Below are positions 28,883 to 39,133 of a DNA stretch of 64,000 nt, piece after piece. Within the stretch, counting starts at the first letter, position 1; every line of letters begins with the position of its first letter. This DNA comes from a plasmid, in the sequence record NZ_CP044080.1; one strand, written 5' to 3'. Position numbers and translations under genes: made by a program. The notes beneath the pieces are model-generated. The model worked only from the letters and a program-made list of their open reading frames with translations. It was not told where the DNA came from and did not search any database.

Positions 28883-29278
28883 ATGGCCAAGGCAATCCAT
28901 TCGATGATCCGGGTGCTGGACGAAGGGCGCTCGGTGGATTTCTACGACCGCGCCTTCGGGCTCAAGGTGGACACGCGGCTGGACTTCGAGGGCTTCACCC
29001 TGCTCTATCTGCGCAATGCCGAGGCCGATTTCGAACTGGAACTGACCGTCAACAAGGACCGCCAGCGGCCCTATGACCTGGGCGACGGCTATGGCCACCT
29101 GGCCTTCGTGGTCGACGACCTGGCGGGTGAACACGCGCGCCTGACGGATGCCGGCTTCGCGCCGCGCAAGCTGGTCGACTTTGCCCCGGGGGGCGAGGTG
29201 ATCGCGCGCTTCTTCTTCATCGCCGACCCGGACGGCTATCAGATCGAGGTGCTGCAGCGGCAGGGCCGCTATCGCTGA
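28883..29278 (+). CDS. VOC-family protein (glyoxalase I / lactoylglutathione lyase-like)
   Basis: 131 aa with two beta-alpha-beta-beta-beta modules (HSMIRVLD...GYGHLAFVVDD...GYQIEVLQ), metal-binding His/Glu residues at the expected positions, and an SD (GGGACGGGAACGG). Confidence 0.8.
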   Translation: MAKAIHSMIRVLDEGRSVDFYDRAFGLKVDTRLDFEGFTLLYLRNAEADFELELTVNKDRQRPYDLGDGYGHLAFVVDDLAGEHARLTDAGFAPRKLVDFAPGGEVIARFFFIADPDGYQIEVLQRQGRYR

Positions 29279-29315
29279 AGGCCCCGGGGAGGGGGCCTGA
29301 CCAAGGGAGGACAGA

Positions 29316-29837
29316 ATGAACAGGATCGACCGCGCGGGGCTGACCCGGCGCGCGCTGCTGACGCACAGCGTGGCGGCGGGGGCCAGCCTTCTTGTCGGCG
29401 CGCATTGGGTCACGGGCCGCTCGGCGGCCTGGGCGCTTGAGGTGACGGCCGTGAAGCCGCAGACCATGGCGACGCTGGTGCAGATGGCGCGCGACATCTA
29501 TCCTCACGACCGCATCCCCGACGACCGCTATGCCGTCGCCGTCAAGGGCTATGACACCGTCGAAAAGGCCCCCATGGTCGAGGCGGGGATCGCCAGCCTT
29601 GACGCCGCCGCGCGCGCCCAGGGCCATGCCAGCTATGTCGCCGCCCTGTGGGAGGCGGACCGCGTGGCGGTGCTGCGCGCCATCGAAAAGGACGCGTTCT
29701 TTCGAACGGTGCGCGCCGGGCTGGTGACGGATCTTTACAACCAGAAAGAGATCTGGCCGCTGTTCGGCTATGAAGGGGAAAGCTTCAGCCACGGCGGCTA
29801 TATCGACCGCGGCTTCAACGACATCGCCTGGCTCTAG
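29316..29837 (+). CDS. Gluconate 2-dehydrogenase subunit 3 family protein (twin-arginine signal)
   Basis: 173 aa with a Tat motif (TRRALLTHSVAAGASLL). It is the small partner subunit found upstream of GMC flavoprotein dehydrogenases. Confidence 0.8.
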   Translation: MNRIDRAGLTRRALLTHSVAAGASLLVGAHWVTGRSAAWALEVTAVKPQTMATLVQMARDIYPHDRIPDDRYAVAVKGYDTVEKAPMVEAGIASLDAAARAQGHASYVAALWEADRVAVLRAIEKDAFFRTVRAGLVTDLYNQKEIWPLFGYEGESFSHGGYIDRGFNDIAWL

Positions 29838-29851
29838 GGGGGACCGGGAAC

Positions 29852-31423
29852 ATGGCTGCTCCGTTCAGCAAGACCAACGACAGCGTGGTCGTCATCATCG
29901 GCACCGGCGCGGGCGGCGGCACGCTCGCCAACGAACTGGCGCAAAAGGGCATCCCGGTCGTCGCGCTCGAAGCCGGCGGCCGCTATCTGCCCGAGGATTA
30001 CGTCAACGACGAATGGGCCAGCTTTGCGCAGCTTGCCTGGCTGGATACCCGCCGGTCGGACGGCAGCTTCCGGCTGGCGCGCGACTTCGCGGGCCTGCCG
30101 TCCTGGATCGTCAAGGCGGTGGGCGGCACCACCACCCATTGGGCCGGCGCCTCGCTGCGCTTTCAGGACCACGAATGGAAGGCGCTGACGACCTATGGGC
30201 GGGTCGAAGGCGCCAGCCTGATGGACTGGCCCATCGACGCGGCCGAGATGGACCCCTGGTACACGCGCGCCGAGGCCAAGATGGGCGTCACCCGCACCAA
30301 TGGCCTGCCCGGGCTGCCCGGCAACAACAACTATCTGGTGATGGAAAAGGGCGCGAAGGCCGTCGGCTATGACAAGGTTCACACCGGCCGCATGGCGATC
30401 AATTCCATCGAATACGGCAACCGGCAGGCCTGCCAGCAGACCGGCTTCTGCTTTCAAGGCTGCAAATGGGGCGCCAAATGGTCCACCGCCTATACCGAAA
30501 TCCCGCTGGGCGAGGAAACCGGCAACCTCGAGGTGCGCGAACGCTGCCACGCCGCCCGGATCGAACATGACGACAAGGGCCGGGTGACGGGCGTGGTCTA
30601 TTTCGACGCCGAGGGCGTCGAGCAGCGCCAGGCCGCGCGGCTGGTCTGCGTGGCCGGCAACACAATCGAAAGTCCGCGACTGCTGCTGAACTCGGCCTCG
30701 TCGATGTTCCCGGACGGGCTGGCCAATTCCTCGGGGCAGGTCGGGCGCAACTACATGCGCCATGTGACGGGCTCGGTCTACAGCATCTTCGAGCAGCCGG
30801 TGCGGATGTGGCGCGGCACCGTCATGGCCGGGATCATGCAGGACGAGGCCCATCACGACCCCGCGCGCGGCTTCGTCGCCGGGTACGAGCTGGAAACCCT
30901 GTCGCTGGGCCTGCCCTTCATGGCGGCCTTCCTGGACCCCGGCGCCTGGGGGCGCGAATTCACCAGCGCGCTGGACGGCTATGAAAATATGGCCGGCATG
31001 TGGATCGTGGGCGAGGACATGCCCCAGGAAACCAACCGCATCACGGTGGACACGGGCGTTCTGGACCAGTTCGGCCTGCCGACGCCGGTGGTCCATTACG
31101 ACGACCACCCGAACGACGTCGCCATGCGCGACCACGCCTATGCACGCGGCATCGCGATCCACAAGGCGGCGGGGGCGGTGCGTTCGCTGCCCACGCCGCC
31201 CTATCCCTCGACGCACAACATCGGCTCGAACCGCATGTCGGACAATCCGCGCGACGGGGTGGTGAACCGCTGGGGGCAAAGCCACGACATCCCGAACCTG
31301 TTCGTGTCCGACGGCTCGCAATTCACCACCGGCGCGGCCGAGAACCCGACCCTGACCATCGTGGCGCTGGCCATCCGCCAGGCCGACCACATCGCCCGCG
31401 AGATGGGCGCGGGCACTCTGTGA
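29852..31423 (+). CDS. GMC-family FAD-dependent oxidoreductase (gluconate 2-dehydrogenase flavoprotein-like)
   Basis: 523 aa with an N-terminal FAD fold (VVVIIGTGAGGGTLANELAQKGIPVVALEAGG), a GMC_oxred_C domain and a catalytic His/Asn region (GSNRMSDNP...VSDGS). Confidence 0.85.
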   Translation: MAAPFSKTNDSVVVIIGTGAGGGTLANELAQKGIPVVALEAGGRYLPEDYVNDEWASFAQLAWLDTRRSDGSFRLARDFAGLPSWIVKAVGGTTTHWAGASLRFQDHEWKALTTYGRVEGASLMDWPIDAAEMDPWYTRAEAKMGVTRTNGLPGLPGNNNYLVMEKGAKAVGYDKVHTGRMAINSIEYGNRQACQQTGFCFQGCKWGAKWSTAYTEIPLGEETGNLEVRERCHAARIEHDDKGRVTGVVYFDAEGVEQRQAARLVCVAGNTIESPRLLLNSASSMFPDGLANSSGQVGRNYMRHVTGSVYSIFEQPVRMWRGTVMAGIMQDEAHHDPARGFVAGYELETLSLGLPFMAAFLDPGAWGREFTSALDGYENMAGMWIVGEDMPQETNRITVDTGVLDQFGLPTPVVHYDDHPNDVAMRDHAYARGIAIHKAAGAVRSLPTPPYPSTHNIGSNRMSDNPRDGVVNRWGQSHDIPNLFVSDGSQFTTGAAENPTLTIVALAIRQADHIAREMGAGTL

Positions 31424-31428
31424 CGCCG

Positions 31429-31451
31429 GACGAGCGGGCGCCCGCTCGTCC
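31429..31451 (+). terminator. Perfect palindromic hairpin after the GMC oxidoreductase
   Basis: ggacgagcggg-cg-cccgctcgtcc followed by CCTTTCGG; it starts 6 nt after the stop. Confidence 0.5.
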
Positions 31452-31483
31452 CCTTTCGGTCCCGCAAGGAGGGAGGTTCCAGG

Positions 31484-31822
31484 ATGAAACTCGTGCTTTC
31501 CGCAATCGTCATGGTGGCTGCGACCCCTGGCCTTGCGCAGGACGCGGCCGCCCGGCTCGAGGCGATGACCTGCCGCGACTTCCTGGCCCTTGGGGCCCGG
31601 GACCGCGAAACGGTCAAGGCCGCGCTGCTGGCCCATGCCTCGGGCGACCCGTTGCCCGACACGGCCCTGCCCTTGTCCCCGGCGGCGGATGCCACGGCAC
31701 CTGCGGCCGAAGGGACCGGGGGCGAGGATCGCGGCGTTGTCGCCATGCGCACGTCCTGCGACGGCGCCCCGGACGTGTGGGCGCTGGACGCCCTGCGGGC
31801 GGCGTTCGGAAACAACCTGTGA
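31484..31822 (+). CDS. Small secreted protein of unknown function
   Basis: Strong SD (aaggagggagg), a Sec signal peptide (MKLVLSAIVMVAATPGLAQ), 112 aa and two Cys. Confidence 0.55.
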   Translation: MKLVLSAIVMVAATPGLAQDAAARLEAMTCRDFLALGARDRETVKAALLAHASGDPLPDTALPLSPAADATAPAAEGTGGEDRGVVAMRTSCDGAPDVWALDALRAAFGNNL

Positions 31823-31873
31823 GGCAGGCGAGGGCGCACCCGCGTCCGCCGGTTCATTCGAGGAGTTGAAGCC

Positions 31874-32377
31874 ATGTCACAGCGTCTGACCGTCCTTGCG
31901 TCGCTTGCCTTGCCCCTGCTGATGGGGACGGCCTGGGCACAGGGCGACCCGCAATCGGTCGGGGTCGCGGTGGACGGCACCGTCGTCGAGGTGCCGGTCG
32001 ATCTTGCGGCGAAAGCCTGCGGCGTCAGCGCCGAGACGCTGCTTGCGCAATGGAAGCAGCTGGATACCCAGACATCGACGATGGCGAACACCTCGGTCGC
32101 CGCCGATGCCGCCGATCTTGCGCCCGTGGCGGCGCCGGACGATACCCAGAAGCAGGCGGGCGTCGGTGCCGATGCGGCGGAAACAAAGGATGCCGCCCAT
32201 GGCGACGGCAACCCGGTCGCCGCCGCTGCCGCGCCCCAGGCCAGCGCGGCGGCCAACCCCCAGGACGCGCTGGACGGGTCCGCCGCCCCGACCGAAGGCA
32301 CCGCGCTCTCCAAGGCCGCCGTCTGCGAAATCGACGCGCAAAAGGCCGGCGCGCTTGGCATCAAGGTGCCCGGCTGA
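31874..32377 (+). CDS. Secreted Ala/Asp-rich low-complexity protein of unknown function
   Basis: AGGAG SD, a signal peptide (MSQRLTVLASLALPLLMGTAWAQ) and a low-complexity acidic mature region. Confidence 0.5.
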   Translation: MSQRLTVLASLALPLLMGTAWAQGDPQSVGVAVDGTVVEVPVDLAAKACGVSAETLLAQWKQLDTQTSTMANTSVAADAADLAPVAAPDDTQKQAGVGADAAETKDAAHGDGNPVAAAAAPQASAAANPQDALDGSAAPTEGTALSKAAVCEIDAQKAGALGIKVPG

Positions 32378-32381
32378 CGTG

Positions 32382-34070
32382 TCAGGGCCGGGGCGTGCCG
32401 CCGATCCCCGGGTTGAACCGCGCCAGCGGGTCCAGGCTTTCGTAAAAGGCGGCAAGCTGGGGCTTGGCGTGATACAGATGGCCGACGTTGTGTTCGGCCG
32501 GGTATTCGGCGCCCTCGGCGTCGAGCATCGCCAGCATGGCCTTTTTGAACGCCAGGGGGTCGGCGCCCTTTTTCAGCACATAGTCCAGATGAAAGACGTG
32601 GCACAGGAAATGGCCATAGGCCAGCGTCGCCGCGACCTGCCCCGCCTGGGCCGGCGGGACGGGCTTGATCCAGTCGCGGTCGTTGCGCCGCAGCGCCACG
32701 TCCAGCGCCACCAGCCCGCCGGTGCGGCGGCGGTTCATCGCCTCGTAGCGGACGGCGGCGCCGGCCACGGCAAAGCGATGCAGCAGCGCCTTGGACCCCT
32801 CGGCCGGGGTGCAGCGGAACCAGCCGTCGGGGCCGACCGTCTCGTCCAGGATGCGCTCGGCCAGGTCGGCAGGCGTTTCCACCTTCAGGATCAGGTGATG
32901 TTCGAACCGGTCGCGGAAATCGCGCATCCGCCGGGGCAACCGGCCCGGCGCCAGCTGCCCCGCAAGCTGCAGAAAGCGGTCGCTGAGATCAGATGTCATC
33001 GGGACCCGCCGCAGGCGCGCGTCGGCCCAGCCCTTCAGCGCGAACAGCGCGGGCATCCGGGCGGTGCCGAACCATTCGATGAACAGGCGGGTGTCGCGGC
33101 CAAAGCGGGCAGCCATGTCCCAGGCCTCGCGGTGGATGTATTCGCCGACGATCGGCAGCGGGTCCAGTTCGGTCAGCAGCCGCCGGCGCAGCGTGGCCAG
33201 AGCCTCGGGGCTGTTGGTGCCGACATACAGCACCTCGGTCGCGGCCGGGCGGGCAAAGGTGTCCAGCCGCACCGCAAAGACGGCCAGCCGCCCGGCGCAA
33301 CCCGATGCCTCGTGCAGGCGGCCCGGATCGGCGTTGAAGCGGCCGGGCGTTAGCGCATCGACATCGCGCACGCGCGCGGCATAATCGTGGTCCGACGCCG
33401 CCCCTGCCCGGGCCTCCACGTCATCCGGCCCGATCTTGCCTGCGTCCAGGCGGCGCAGGATGGTTTCGGGGTCGTCGCCCAGCCGCAGGCCCAGGTTGTT
33501 CACCAGCCGCAGGGTGCCGTCCGCGTCCAGCCGGGCGAACAGCGCAAGCTCGGTATAGGCGGGGCCGCGCCGGACCAGCGCCCCGCCCGAATTGTTGCAG
33601 ACCCCGCCCACGACCGAGGCGCCGATGCAGCTTGACCCGATCACCGAATGCGGATCGCGCCCCAGGGGTGCAAGCGCCTGCTCCAGCCCATAAAGCGTCG
33701 CGCCGGCGTGGCAGACGACCTGGGTGCCGTCCAGGATCAGGTGGATCTGCGCCAGCCGCAGCGTGCTGACGATCACCACGGACTGGCCGTAGCTGCCCTT
33801 GGGGGTCGAGCCTTCGGTCAGCCCGGTGTTCGCGGCCTGGACGATCACGATCCGTCCCGCCTGCACGCAAAGCTGCAGCACGCGCCACATGTCCAGCAGG
33901 GTGCCGGGGCGCACGACCGCCTCGGCCTCGCCGCCGCCCGAGCGGTATCCGGTGCGGAACCGTTCGGTGTCCTGGGGACGGGTCAGCACATGCGGGGCCC
34001 CGACAACGGCGCGCAGCGCATCAAGAAAGGCGGCGGCGGGCGAAACATCCGTCCCGGATCGCTGTGTCAT
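32382..34070 (-). CDS. dld: FAD-dependent D-lactate dehydrogenase (quinone-linked Dld family)
   Basis: About 562 aa from the ATG at 34070 (MTQRSG; the upstream M of the track ORF is unlikely). It has an FAD_binding_4 domain (IVIVQAANTGLTEGSTP) and a Lact-deh-memb-like C-terminus. Confidence 0.8.
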   Translation of the reverse strand: MTQRSGTDVSPAAAFLDALRAVVGAPHVLTRPQDTERFRTGYRSGGGEAEAVVRPGTLLDMWRVLQLCVQAGRIVIVQAANTGLTEGSTPKGSYGQSVVIVSTLRLAQIHLILDGTQVVCHAGATLYGLEQALAPLGRDPHSVIGSSCIGASVVGGVCNNSGGALVRRGPAYTELALFARLDADGTLRLVNNLGLRLGDDPETILRRLDAGKIGPDDVEARAGAASDHDYAARVRDVDALTPGRFNADPGRLHEASGCAGRLAVFAVRLDTFARPAATEVLYVGTNSPEALATLRRRLLTELDPLPIVGEYIHREAWDMAARFGRDTRLFIEWFGTARMPALFALKGWADARLRRVPMTSDLSDRFLQLAGQLAPGRLPRRMRDFRDRFEHHLILKVETPADLAERILDETVGPDGWFRCTPAEGSKALLHRFAVAGAAVRYEAMNRRRTGGLVALDVALRRNDRDWIKPVPPAQAGQVAATLAYGHFLCHVFHLDYVLKKGADPLAFKKAMLAMLDAEGAEYPAEHNVGHLYHAKPQLAAFYESLDPLARFNPGIGGTPRP

Positions 34071-34197
34071 CGGCCAGGCCCCCCTGTCTTGGCCAGCAGG
34101 ACGGTGCCCTGCCCGTTGTCCCTGAGCCAAGAATACCATGCCCGGCGATCGCCCGTCCACTTCCGCGCCCCGCCCCGGCGGCCGCGCGGGCCCCCGG

Positions 34198-35229
34198 TCA
34201 GGAAGCCGCCTGCCGGTCGGGCCGGGACAGTTTCTCGAACCGCGCCTGGCTGCGTATCTCGCTGGGGCGCAGCTTATAGAATTCCTTGAACCATTTCGAG
34301 AAATGCGAGGTCGAGGCGAAACCCACGGCGACCGCGATGTCGATGACGGGCTGTTCGGAATAAAGCAGCATCTCGCGCGCGCGGTCGATGCGCAGCGACA
34401 GGTAATAGCGCGCCGGGTTCATGCCCAGATGGCTGCGGAACTGCCGTTCGAGCTGGCGCGCGCTGATCCCGGCGGTCGCGGCCAGATCCTCGATCTGCAG
34501 GGGCGTTTCCATGTTGGCTTGCATCAGGCGGATGACGCGCTGCATGGTCAGCGGCAGGGCGCCGATCTGCTGCAGCCGACCGCCCTGCTGGTCCTCGTGG
34601 GCGTCGCGGATGCGTTCGTGGTGGAACTGGTTGGCGACACCCCGCGCCAGGTCCATGCCGTGCCGGTCCGCGATGATGTGCAGCATCAGGTCCATCGCCG
34701 CCGTCCCGCCCGAACAGGTCAGCCGGTTGCGGTCGATTTCGTAAAGCGTGCCGGTGATGGTCAGATGCGGGAAATCCTCTTCGAAGGCGGCGCGGTTTTC
34801 CCAGTGGATGGTGCAGCGATAGCCGTCGAGCAGCCCGGCCCGCGCCAGCAGATAGCTTGCCGTGGACAGCGCGCCGATGGCGCGTCCGCGATGGGCGGCG
34901 CGGCGCAAGGCGCCCAGATAGGGGCGTTCGTGCCGGGGGTTCACGCGCACGCCGCCGCAGACGAACAGCGCGTGGCAATCCTCGAGCGCCTGATCGACGG
35001 GGCGCGCGGAAAACGGCATCCCGTTCGAGGCGATCACCGGCGCGCCGTCCAGGCTGCACAGGTCCCAGCGAAAGGCCTCGCGCCCCAGGAGCCGGTTGGC
35101 CGAACGCAGCGGCTCGGTGGCCGAGGCCAGGCTCATCATTGACATGTCGTCGATCATCAGAAAGGCGAAGCGCAGGGGTTCGCCGACATTATGGTAGAAC
35201 ATCACAGGGTCCTGCTTGCGATGTGCCAT
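34198..35229 (-). CDS. GlxA-family transcriptional regulator (DJ-1/PfpI plus AraC HTH), second copy
   Basis: FAFLMIDDMSMMSLASATEPLRSAN...CSGGTAAMDLM followed by an AraC HTH (IEDLAATAGISARQLERQF...VGFASTSHFSKWF); the ATG at 35229 (MAHRKQ) is preferred. It is a paralogue of the regulator at 20194..21153. Confidence 0.8.
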   Translation of the reverse strand: MAHRKQDPVMFYHNVGEPLRFAFLMIDDMSMMSLASATEPLRSANRLLGREAFRWDLCSLDGAPVIASNGMPFSARPVDQALEDCHALFVCGGVRVNPRHERPYLGALRRAAHRGRAIGALSTASYLLARAGLLDGYRCTIHWENRAAFEEDFPHLTITGTLYEIDRNRLTCSGGTAAMDLMLHIIADRHGMDLARGVANQFHHERIRDAHEDQQGGRLQQIGALPLTMQRVIRLMQANMETPLQIEDLAATAGISARQLERQFRSHLGMNPARYYLSLRIDRAREMLLYSEQPVIDIAVAVGFASTSHFSKWFKEFYKLRPSEIRSQARFEKLSRPDRQAAS

Positions 35230-35266
35230 GATGGGCCGCCCCGCGCGCGCGCCGCAAGACGGATCG

Positions 35267-36424
35267 TCAGACGGTCGCAAGGCCGCCCGGCAGCCAGCCC
35301 TGCAATGCCGCCCAATCGGGCTCCAGCCGGCTGAAGCGGTCCAGCCGCAATGATCCGAGGTCGGCAAAATCGCAGGCGCCGTCAGTCACCAGCTGCGCCA
35401 GCGCCCGCCCGCTGGCCGGCGACAGGCCGAAGCCCACGCCCGACAGCGTCCCGACCGTCAGGTTCGCCCAAGGGGCGGGGCGGTCCAGCACGGGGCGGCC
35501 GTCGGGCGTGTTCTCGATGATGCCGGCCCAGCTGCGGATCACGCGGGCATGGGCGGCCTTTGGCAAAAGCTGCGCCAGCCGCCGGGCGATGCTGCCTGCC
35601 AGCGGGGTCGAGGGGCGGGGACCGCCGGGCACGTCCTCGGTTTCCACCCATTCGTGCGGGCCGCCGCCATAGGCCAGGTTGCCGCGCAGGGTCTGGCGGC
35701 CGTAAAGCCCGTTGCCGTCGATGCCGCCCAGGGGCATCGGCGGCAGCGGTTCGGTCACGATCATCTCGGCCCGCGCGGCGCGCATGGGAATGTCCACGTC
35801 CAGCAGCGCGGCCAGCCGGCTGGTCTGCGGGCCGGCGGCGATGACCAGATGGTCGCAACCGAAGCTGCCCTGGTCGGTCTGGACCGCCGTCACCCGGTCG
35901 CCCGAGCGGGCAAAGCCGGTGACGGTGACGTGCTGGCGCACCCGGCCGCCACGGTCGCGGATCGCCCAGGCATAGGCCTGCACGGTGCGATGCGGGTTCG
36001 CATGGCCGCCGAAGTGATAATAGTGCCCGGCATGGACGTTGTCGCCGGCCAGCGGCACCAGCTCGCGCACCTGCCGTGCGTCCAGTTCGTCGGCGCGAAA
36101 GCCCTGCCTGCGGGCGTTGGTCACGGCGCGGCTGTAAAGCGTGTACTGTTCGGGCGACAGCGCGATGCGGATGCGGTTCGGCACGAATTCCGTTGGATAG
36201 CCCAGCAACTGGTCCATCATCGGCCACAGCCGCTGCTCCTCGGCGAACAGCGGGCTGTGGTGGTGCGAGCAGCCCCCGCCATTGCGGCCCGACGCCTCCC
36301 ATCCGACGATGCCGCGTTCCAGCACCAGGACGTCGACGCCGGCCTCGGCCAGCCAGAAGGCAGTGGAAAGCCCGGTGACCCCGCCGCCGATGACGACGAC
36401 CGAGGCGCCCTTATTCGCTGACAT
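35267..36424 (-). CDS. FAD-dependent oxidoreductase, DAO family (HcnC / opine-oxidase subunit B / D-hydroxyproline dehydrogenase beta-like)
   Basis: About 385 aa from the ATG at 36424 ([29 protein letters not shown]), a DAO fold. It overlaps the end of the upstream HcnB-like gene by 14 nt. Confidence 0.8.
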   Translation of the reverse strand: MSANKGASVVVIGGGVTGLSTAFWLAEAGVDVLVLERGIVGWEASGRNGGGCSHHHSPLFAEEQRLWPMMDQLLGYPTEFVPNRIRIALSPEQYTLYSRAVTNARRQGFRADELDARQVRELVPLAGDNVHAGHYYHFGGHANPHRTVQAYAWAIRDRGGRVRQHVTVTGFARSGDRVTAVQTDQGSFGCDHLVIAAGPQTSRLAALLDVDIPMRAARAEMIVTEPLPPMPLGGIDGNGLYGRQTLRGNLAYGGGPHEWVETEDVPGGPRPSTPLAGSIARRLAQLLPKAAHARVIRSWAGIIENTPDGRPVLDRPAPWANLTVGTLSGVGFGLSPASGRALAQLVTDGACDFADLGSLRLDRFSRLEPDWAALQGWLPGGLATV

Positions 36425-37997
36425 GTTCTTTCTCCGTGGCAAGGGCTGCGACCGTGTATTGCGGCTCGACATCCCAGAAGGGCACCCATTGGCGCGGCAT
36501 CCCGAACCAGCTGTCCCAGACTTCGGCGATGGCGGGGTCCTCGGGCGCGGTCGCCTCGGCCAGGGTCATCGGCCGCACCGGGCTGCGATAGCCGGCCAGG
36601 GGCACCGCCCCCAGCGCCAGGTCCTCTTGCAGCGCCAACAGGGCCTGGATCTGTTCGCGGCAGCGCCGGCCCTGGCACGGGCCCATGCCGGCCCGGGTCA
36701 GGCGCTTGACCTGGTCGGGATCGGGCGGGCCGTCGCCCAGGATCTGCACGAGGCTGCGGGTTTCGTTCGCGATGGGCGGCGTCTTCAGATAGCGCGGCGG
36801 ACGAACCTCGAGGATCTCGCGCGCCGTCACCTCCTCGCACTGGCAGACGGGCATCTCGGCGATGGCCTCGACGACCGAGGCGCGGACCCAGTCCTTGCGA
36901 TACTGGCCCAGGTCGGGGGCAACCGGCGGACTGGACAGGACGGCCGGGTCCGCATCCGCCGCACCCAGCCCCAGCGCGGCCAAGGCGGCGGCGGCGGCGG
37001 TCTCGCCTTCGGCGCGGGCGATGGCCTCGTCGGCGGATTTCGTCGCCCAGATGCCCGCGCAATCGCCTGCCGCGCGGATGCCTTGCAGCGTGCTCTGCAT
37101 GGCCGCGTCCAGCACCGGAACAAAGCCGCTGCGGTCGTTGTCAAAGGCGCAGCGCGCCCCGGCGGCCTGGATCAGGTCGATCATCGGCACCGCCCCCACG
37201 CCCAGCAGGACGCAATCGCAGGCGATCTGCCGGTCGCGCAGGGTCAGTCCCGTGACCCCTGCCGCGTCGGACAGGATGCCGCGCGGCGCGTTGGAGCAGA
37301 GGACCTCGACACCCCGCGCCTGCAGTTCGGCGGCAAGCGCGGGGTCCAGCGGCGTTGCCGCCTGTTCGACCACCGCCGCGATCTCGACCCCCGCCGCGAT
37401 CAGGTCCTGCGCGGCCAGCAGCGCCTCGGCGCCCGACCCCAGCATCACCGCGCGCCGGCCCTCGAAGGCGCCGTAAAACCCCGCCAGCACCACCGCGGCC
37501 GAGGCGCCCAGCACGCCGGGCAGATCCCAGCCCGGAAAGGCCAGTCCCATGTCGCGCCGGCCCGCCGCGACGATGACCTGCTCGGCGCGGACCAGATGGC
37601 TGCCCTGGTCGTCGTCGATCAGCCCGGCCACCAGCCCCGGCATCCAGCCCAGGTTCGGCTGATTGGCGAACAGACCCCAGCAGGCTGTGCCCAGGCGCAC
37701 GTCCACGCCTTTCTCGAACAGATCGGCCAGATCGGGCCGCGCCTCGAGCATCCGTTCCATCATGGCGTTGCGGTTGCGGATCTCGGCACCCATGCGGCCG
37801 CCCCAGATCTGCGGAACGCTTTCGCTCATCACCTCGAAGGGCACGGGGTTTTCGTCGACCAGCATTACTTGCGCGCCGCCCGCATGCGCGCGGCGCGCGG
37901 CGGCAATGCCTGCCGGGCCGGCGCCGACGACCAGAACCTGCGTCTGATGCGCGATTTCAAGGCGCTTGCCGGCAACCGAGTGCGGGTCAATCGTCAT
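36411..37997 (-). CDS. FAD/NAD(P)-binding oxidoreductase with BFD-like [2Fe-2S] domain (HcnB / opine-oxidase subunit A-like)
   Basis: 528 aa with two Rossmann GxGxxG motifs ([27 protein letters not shown]) and a BFD-like Cys cluster (VCQCEEVT...[10 protein letters not shown]). Confidence 0.8.
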   Translation of the reverse strand: MTIDPHSVAGKRLEIAHQTQVLVVGAGPAGIAAARRAHAGGAQVMLVDENPVPFEVMSESVPQIWGGRMGAEIRNRNAMMERMLEARPDLADLFEKGVDVRLGTACWGLFANQPNLGWMPGLVAGLIDDDQGSHLVRAEQVIVAAGRRDMGLAFPGWDLPGVLGASAAVVLAGFYGAFEGRRAVMLGSGAEALLAAQDLIAAGVEIAAVVEQAATPLDPALAAELQARGVEVLCSNAPRGILSDAAGVTGLTLRDRQIACDCVLLGVGAVPMIDLIQAAGARCAFDNDRSGFVPVLDAAMQSTLQGIRAAGDCAGIWATKSADEAIARAEGETAAAAALAALGLGAADADPAVLSSPPVAPDLGQYRKDWVRASVVEAIAEMPVCQCEEVTAREILEVRPPRYLKTPPIANETRSLVQILGDGPPDPDQVKRLTRAGMGPCQGRRCREQIQALLALQEDLALGAVPLAGYRSPVRPMTLAEATAPEDPAIAEVWDSWFGMPRQWVPFWDVEPQYTVAALATEKEHVSE

Positions 37998-38220
37998 CGG
38001 TGATCCTTTCCTTGGCTAAGGCGGCGCATGGCGCGTGCCCGACGGCTTTGGCCCAATCCTTGACGAGGCCGCGCTGCGCCAAGGCTAGGCTTCCGACCTT
38101 GGACGCAAGAAAAGCGACATTGCGCAGCGTCGGGAAATTGATGTCGCACATTCCCCGTCCTGCTGCCTCTACAGGCCGGCACCGAACAGGCGCCCGGGAA
38201 AGCGCGGGGCCTTGCCACAT
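37987..38220 (-). CDS. Small hypothetical ORF translationally coupled to the HcnB-like gene (possible third small subunit); weak evidence
   Basis: The 77-aa ORF overlaps the downstream ATG by 8 nt (GATGACGATTGA), with an upstream stop at 38230. It lacks the four Cys expected for an HcnA-type 2Fe-2S subunit. Confidence 0.3.
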   Translation of the reverse strand: MWQGPALSRAPVRCRPVEAAGRGMCDINFPTLRNVAFLASKVGSLALAQRGLVKDWAKAVGHAPCAALAKERITDDD

Positions 38221-38460
38221 ACCGACGTATTATCAATGGATTGATCATGCTCTCACGCTGCGGCAAGCGCCCCCGGTCGCCGCGAATCCGCCTCCGACCC
38301 CCGGTTTTCGACGGTTTTCGGGCGATGTCGAAAAGCTTTCTCTGCGTGTCGGAAATCGGTAGAGCGTCGCGGGGCATCTGTGGCTGTAATCGGGTTGTGG
38401 GTGCCCCTGACCCATCCATTCGCCACCGGCCAACCGCCCCGGAAGCTTTCGGAGAGACTG

Positions 38461-39117
38461 ATGGAGACGCTTCGGTTCGCGCTCGACAACCTGCCGCAGA
38501 TCATGGACCGCACCGTCGAGCACGTCTCGCTGGTGGGCGCGGCCATCCTGATCGCGATCGCGACAGGCGTGCCCATCAGCATCGCCATCACCCAGAACGC
38601 AACCGTCGCCCGACGCGTGCTTTACGTCGCGGCGATCATCATGACGATCCCGTCCATCGCCTTCTTCGGCATCCTGATCCCGATTCTGTCGCCCTTTGGC
38701 CATGGCATCGGCTATCTGCCGGCGCTGATCGCGCTGGTGTTCTATTCGCAGCTGCCGATCATCCGCAACACCTACACGGCGATCATGAACATTGACCCGG
38801 CGCTGCGCGACGCGGCGCGCGGCATGGGCATGACCGCCCTGCAACGGCTGTGGCAGGTCGAGATTCCGATGGCCATGCCCGTGATCCTGAACGGGGTGCG
38901 CAACGCGGTCGTGCTGACCATCGCCATCGCCGCCATCGCGACCTATATCGGCGCAGGCGGGCTTGGCACCTTCATCTCGCGCGGGATTTCCCAGACCGAC
39001 AGCCGCCAGCTGATCACCGGCGCGGTCGCGGTCAGCCTGCTAGCCATTACCGCCGATCTTTTCCTTTTGCTGCTGCAACGGCTGCTGACCTCGCCCGGTC
39101 TGCGCACCCGCCACTGA
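38461..39117 (+). CDS. ABC transporter permease, glycine-betaine/choline/carnitine (OpuCB/ProW-like) family
   Basis: 218 aa from the ATG at 38461 (METLRF), a BPD_transp_1 fold with an EAA-like loop (IDPALRDAARGMGMTALQRLWQVEIPMAMP). Confidence 0.85.
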   Translation: METLRFALDNLPQIMDRTVEHVSLVGAAILIAIATGVPISIAITQNATVARRVLYVAAIIMTIPSIAFFGILIPILSPFGHGIGYLPALIALVFYSQLPIIRNTYTAIMNIDPALRDAARGMGMTALQRLWQVEIPMAMPVILNGVRNAVVLTIAIAAIATYIGAGGLGTFISRGISQTDSRQLITGAVAVSLLAITADLFLLLLQRLLTSPGLRTRH

Positions 39118-39133
39118 ACCACAGGACAAACGC

